From Candidatus Krumholzibacteriota bacterium (GTDB lineage Bacteria > Krumholzibacteriota > Krumholzibacteriia > JAJRXK01): 64,000 nucleotides of DNA. Below the pieces are notes generated by a model. That model was given only the letters and a program-made list of their open reading frames with translations, had not been told where the DNA came from and did no database searches. The stretch is from positions 192,001-256,000 of the forward strand of contig CAVXTH010000007.1 in NCBI GenBank assembly GCA_963764625.1. Reading direction: 5' to 3'. How positions within the stretch are numbered: the first letter of the stretch is position 1; each line of letters starts with the position of its first letter. The position numbers were made by a program, and so were the translations under genes. This document shows positions 63,473 through 64,000 of this stretch, in pieces.

Positions 63473-63652
63473 AGTGGTTGCCGGTTCGGGGTTGGTCCGC
63501 ACCCGTTCCAAAGTGTTCCGACGTTCGGAGTCGGGCCGGACCCTGTCTGAGTGGTTGCCGGTTCGGAGTTGGTCCGTGTCGGTTCGAAAGTGTCTCGACG
63601 TTCGGAGTCGGCCCCCTCGGTTCGAGTCTCTCGACGTTCGGAGTTGCACCCC
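63473..63652. repeat. Five degenerate direct repeats, period 36-39 bp
   Basis: Core AGT-N8-GTTCGG(A/G)GT(T/C)G begins at 63473, 63512, 63550, 63589, 63625. Confidence 0.85.
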
Positions 63653-63850
63653 CTTTCTTTCTTCGAGTTTCGAGACTGAATTGTTCATCTTTCTTCACTA
63701 TCTCCTGGCGCCGAGATCCGGCGGGATTCCATCCCATCCCACCTGGTCAGCCGCGCGCACGCCCACGTTCCGCAGCGCGCGGTCGAACGGGAAATCCTGG
63801 GTTTTCGGGGAGGCATTCTCAATCTATACAAATATTAGTTTGGTGCCAGG

Positions 63851-64000
63851 TCATTTCGATGTGCTGATCGAAGTGCCGGTGACGCTCCTCCTGGTGAGGA
63901 TCTGTTTGGCGTCGTCGAAGTGGTTCAGGGGAGAAGCGTCCGCATCGGGATGAGACGATTCACCTCGTCCGGTCAGAACGCATACCTCAGAACGCAGGCC
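63851..64000 (-). CDS. Possible 3' end of a gene entering from beyond the window
   Basis: Open frame from the edge: GLRSEVC...GTSISTSK-stop at 63851; no recognisable motif. Confidence 0.25.
   Translation of the reverse strand, partial: GLRSEVCVLTGRGESSHPDADASPLNHFDDAKQILTRRSVTGTSISTSK

Noticed and set aside
63473-63652. CRISPR array
   Set aside because: Repeats are degenerate, variable parts are only ~9-12 nt and resemble each other, and no cas genes are seen.

Overview
GC-rich bacterial chromosomal segment of about 38 genes. No rRNA, tRNA, cas, integrase or transposase genes were recognised. Secreted proteins ending in an FlgD-Ig/T9SS-type-A-like C-terminal domain, plus one ending in a TWGxxK tail, suggest an FCB-related candidate phylum (Krumholzibacteriota, Eisenbacteria or Latescibacterota); this is inference. 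Contents, left to right: exported MsrB-MsrA; a TetR-regulated TolC/HlyD/ABC efflux operon; a TonB-dependent receptor; LpxR-like deacylase; PLP aminotransferase; hydrolase and aspartyl protease; two Hanks-type Ser/Thr kinases; a sugar ABC importer; tamB-tamA; carA-carB; an exported endonuclease; an ECF sigma/zinc anti-sigma pair divergent from an exported TPR-CHAT protease; surface proteins including a 14-repeat FG-GAP protein; FAD oxidoreductase; GH92; a transglutaminase-like protein. About a dozen genes left of ~46 kb, including carA, carry small frameshifts, most likely long-read indel errors. Most interesting: (1) the sigma/anti-sigma/extracytoplasmic CHAT module, (2) a collapsed mosaic copy of the FG-GAP gene whose last ~86 bp are nearly identical to the intact gene while internal parts are synonymously diverged, (3) two different C-terminal sorting-like tails, (4) an unexplained 5-unit ~38-bp repeat array near 63.5 kb.
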